Source: Blepharisma stoltei ATCC 30299
Lineage: Eukaryota; Protista; Ciliophora
Length of the DNA: 64,000 nt
NCBI GenBank assembly: GCA_965603825.1
Contig: CBFDEM010000046.1
Span: forward strand, 248,001 to 312,000
Direction: 5' to 3'
Positions 61,627 to 64,000 of the stretch are shown piece after piece. Position numbers and translations under genes: made by a program. Within the stretch, counting starts at the first letter, position 1. Each line of letters opens with the position of its first letter. Below the pieces are notes generated by a model, which made no database searches, had not been told where the DNA came from, and saw only the letters and a program-made list of their open reading frames with translations.

Positions 61627-62910
61627 ATGGAGGATTTAATAGAGCTTGGTCCTAATGATAATATTGTACTTGATGACCCTAACGATGAAAAATGCACAAT
61701 CACAGTCGAATATGAAGGCAAGCAAACTATAGTGTCCTGGTACAATGGTCTTGGCTCTGATGATGTAAAAGAGGCTATCGTTTGTGCTTGTGATTGCATA
61801 ATTGATTCAGGATTCTCACTTGTAAACTCAGACGGGTTTTTAGTGAATTTTTCCCAAGTAAAGTCAGGTGAGAAATACATCATTAAGCCAGGAGAAGAAA
61901 TAAAAGGCTATGAAAAAGCTTTGGGGGACAGATGAAGAAGGATTAATTTAGACATCGAGCCTCTACAGCACGCAGAAAGCATGCGAGCTATAGAAATCAT
62001 GCAAAATGGTGCAAATCTGTTAAAACACACTCGAAGGTCAATGCCACACATAAGAATGTTTCAGTTGACGCCTGATTTGAAGTACCTCATATGATACACT
62101 TCAGCAAAATCTCAAACAAAATCTTCAGTTCCTTTTCAGCATGTCACACAAATTTCAATAGGACAAACTACACCTAACTTTGGCAGGTACCCACTTCCTG
62201 TACTAAGCCACTTGTCGTTTTCTTTGTTTTATGATGGAAAAACACTTGATTTGACCTGTAGAGATGAACGAGAATTCGACTTCTGGGTCGCTGGGTGCAA
62301 AGCTCTCTATTTTCATTACCAAAGCATGCTGGTCTCCAAACAAATTTTATTAGGCCATTCTAGGCGATTTAATGAATTTTTACAAGCAAATAAGCTTGGC
62401 TTAGCGACCTCTTCTTTATATCAAGAGCCAGAAACCAAAAAACTTGAAGAGTGCATTATCCGCAAAAGACTCACTCGTGAAGAAGCTTCTAATAAACTGT
62501 TAAAAAACAGAGAAAAAATATCAAATTTAGAAGACACTATTAGAGATTTGCCTGAAATAGAGTCTCCTATGATGAATAAAATGCCAAGCAGAAGCGCATT
62601 TTCTAGTGATTATGTAGAAGTGCTGTTAGATGATGAAGGGATGGATGAGGTGTATAACACCCAAGAAAATAGAATGCATGAGCTATTGAAATCTTGCAAA
62701 GATAGAGTGGAAGCGCTTGAAAAGGAATTTTCCAATATGTATGGAGTTCCAGCCTGGGAGGAAAATAAGGAATTTGATAGCAATTTGTGAAAATTAGAAG
62801 TTGATGTTGAAAATCTAAATGATATAGTAAAAAGAATGGAAGATCTTGCAAAGCCAAAACTTACTGATAGGGTTAAATCATGGTTTAAATCAAAAGTCTC
62901 ATTTTTTTAA
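61627..62910 (+). CDS. PH-domain protein (PLC/PRAF-type PH) with C-terminal coiled coil
   Basis: One frame with 3 TGA=Trp: GANLLKHTRRSMPHIRMFQLTPDLKYLI(W)Y..IGQTTPNF..SFSLFY..TLDLTC..WVAG; ends TAA 62908-62910. Confidence 0.85.
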
Positions 62911-63131
62911 TTAAGGTAAAGAAATTAGCTGATATCACAAAATTATGTATATAAGCATTGGCAATTTTATTATTATATTTATATTTAACTTATAAAATAT
63001 TCTGATTTTTGAATTAAATGAGGAGTCGGGAATATGAATTTATTAGAATTAATAGGGCTTTAATGAACAAATAAAATCTCATTTTTAATCAGAAAAAAAT
63101 TCATTTGAGATTTAGCCTTATTTATTGGCTT

Positions 63132-63401
63132 TTAAGACGATGATGGTGATTTTGGAGGTTTTGCACCAAAGTTATGAAAATCAGGTCTTGGGGATGGTGT
63201 TACTCTTGGAACTACTTGAGGAATGTCATTATTTTTTTTGAAATTTGGCGTACCTTCTTCTGACATGGGTACTCCTGATGCTGTCTGTGGTGAGCTTTCT
63301 TCATCTGGAAATACTTTTTTACCAAAAATCTTGTGTGAGAAAAAATAATCATAAGCAACAAGTGAAGTTAGCCCAGTAAATGCAATTATTGTGCTTGTCA
63401 T
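63132..63401 (-). CDS. Small protein with N-terminal hydrophobic anchor
   Basis: 89-aa ATG-TAA ORF, GC above flanks. Confidence 0.55.
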   Translation of the reverse strand: MTSTIIAFTGLTSLVAYDYFFSHKIFGKKVFPDEESSPQTASGVPMSEEGTPNFKKNNDIPQVVPRVTPSPRPDFHNFGAKPPKSPSSS

Positions 63402-63654
63402 TTATATTTATTTTCGGTATCTTAATTCACATATTTGCTTAGAGAAAAAACACTACAGTATCTTAAATAGTTCATGAACCATATAATAGACATATTTTAT
63501 ATAGAATTACGTTTTATCTAACTATTGCCTAAGTCTTAAATGCATAAGATTCTCTTTAATAAACTATTATTTTTTTATCAAATCCCTTTGATTATATTCA
63601 ATAATTTCAAATTTCTTAATTTCTCATGGTTTCAGAATTACATTTCATTAATAA

Positions 63655-64000
63655 ATGGCAGCTGCTTGGAGAGGTGAGTATATGACCAGCTCTGCACGTT
63701 CTCAAAAATATACCGGACTTTGCAATCAAGGAGCTACCTGCTATATGAATAGTTTACTACAATCGCTTTATATGAGTCCTGAGTTTCGCAAAAAAATCTA
63801 TTCATGGACTTATGATGAGAAAAAGCATGGTGACAAAAGCTCTTGCATTCCTTTTCAATTGCAAGTTTTATTTGGAAAACTTCAAATTTCCGGAGCGCCT
63901 TATATTGATACTAAAGCTTTGACTAAAAGCTTTGGATGGGATTTAAGAGAAGGTTTCCAGCAGCACGATGTGCAAGAGTTTTGTAGAGTCCTATTCGATG
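63655..64000 (+). CDS. Ubiquitin-specific protease (C19; USP47/USP40/USP7-like), 3' truncated by window edge
   Basis: YTGLCNQGATCYMNSLLQSLYMSPEFR, IPFQLQVLF, LTKSFGW, QQHDVQEFCRVLFD (not in the supplied ORF track). Confidence 0.92.
   Translation, partial: MAAAWRGEYMTSSARSQKYTGLCNQGATCYMNSLLQSLYMSPEFRKKIYSWTYDEKKHGDKSSCIPFQLQVLFGKLQISGAPYIDTKALTKSFGWDLREGFQQHDVQEFCRVLFD

Noticed and set aside
63674-63689. gtgagtatatgaccag as a 16-nt intron in the USP gene
   Set aside because: Starts GTG rather than GTA, and removal would break the open frame from ATG 63655 into the Cys box.

Overview
Gene-dense, AT-rich eukaryotic DNA, most consistent with the macronuclear genome of a heterotrich ciliate of the Blepharisma type. 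Two sequence-level properties explain why the standard-code ORF track is fragmented. (1) About 50 in-frame TGA codons (hand count) sit inside otherwise intact genes, often at conserved Trp positions, while every gene I could close ends in TAA or TAG, so UGA = Trp. (2) At least 12 tiny 15-16 nt GTA...AG spliceosomal introns occur, with an A at position 10 or 11. Re-reading with these rules gives 37 apparently intact genes and one pseudogene. They include an RNA 3'-phosphate cyclase, a P4-ATPase, a Rab11-like GTPase, a TTLL4/5-like glutamylase, an SK-type K+ channel, HOOK, a Myb factor, an MPP-beta/core-1 protein, a TRIP12/UFD4-like HECT ligase, a LITAF protein, aminopeptidase P, SPAG17/PF6, a tandem SDR gene/pseudogene pair, QTRT2, DRC9/IQCG, signal peptide peptidase, an MDR reductase, a PH-domain protein and a USP. 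Most worth follow-up: TGA-Trp is absent from the last ~40 codons of genes, where ~20 Trp are all TGG (suggesting residual position-dependent UGA termination); candidate Csm1/monopolin and SHOC1/Zip2 meiotic homologues are hidden by the code and introns; and there is a twin-CX9C mitochondrial candidate and two pseudo-enzymes. No rRNA, tRNA, CRISPR, transposon or telomere repeat was recognised. Family assignments are from motif recognition by eye, not database searches.
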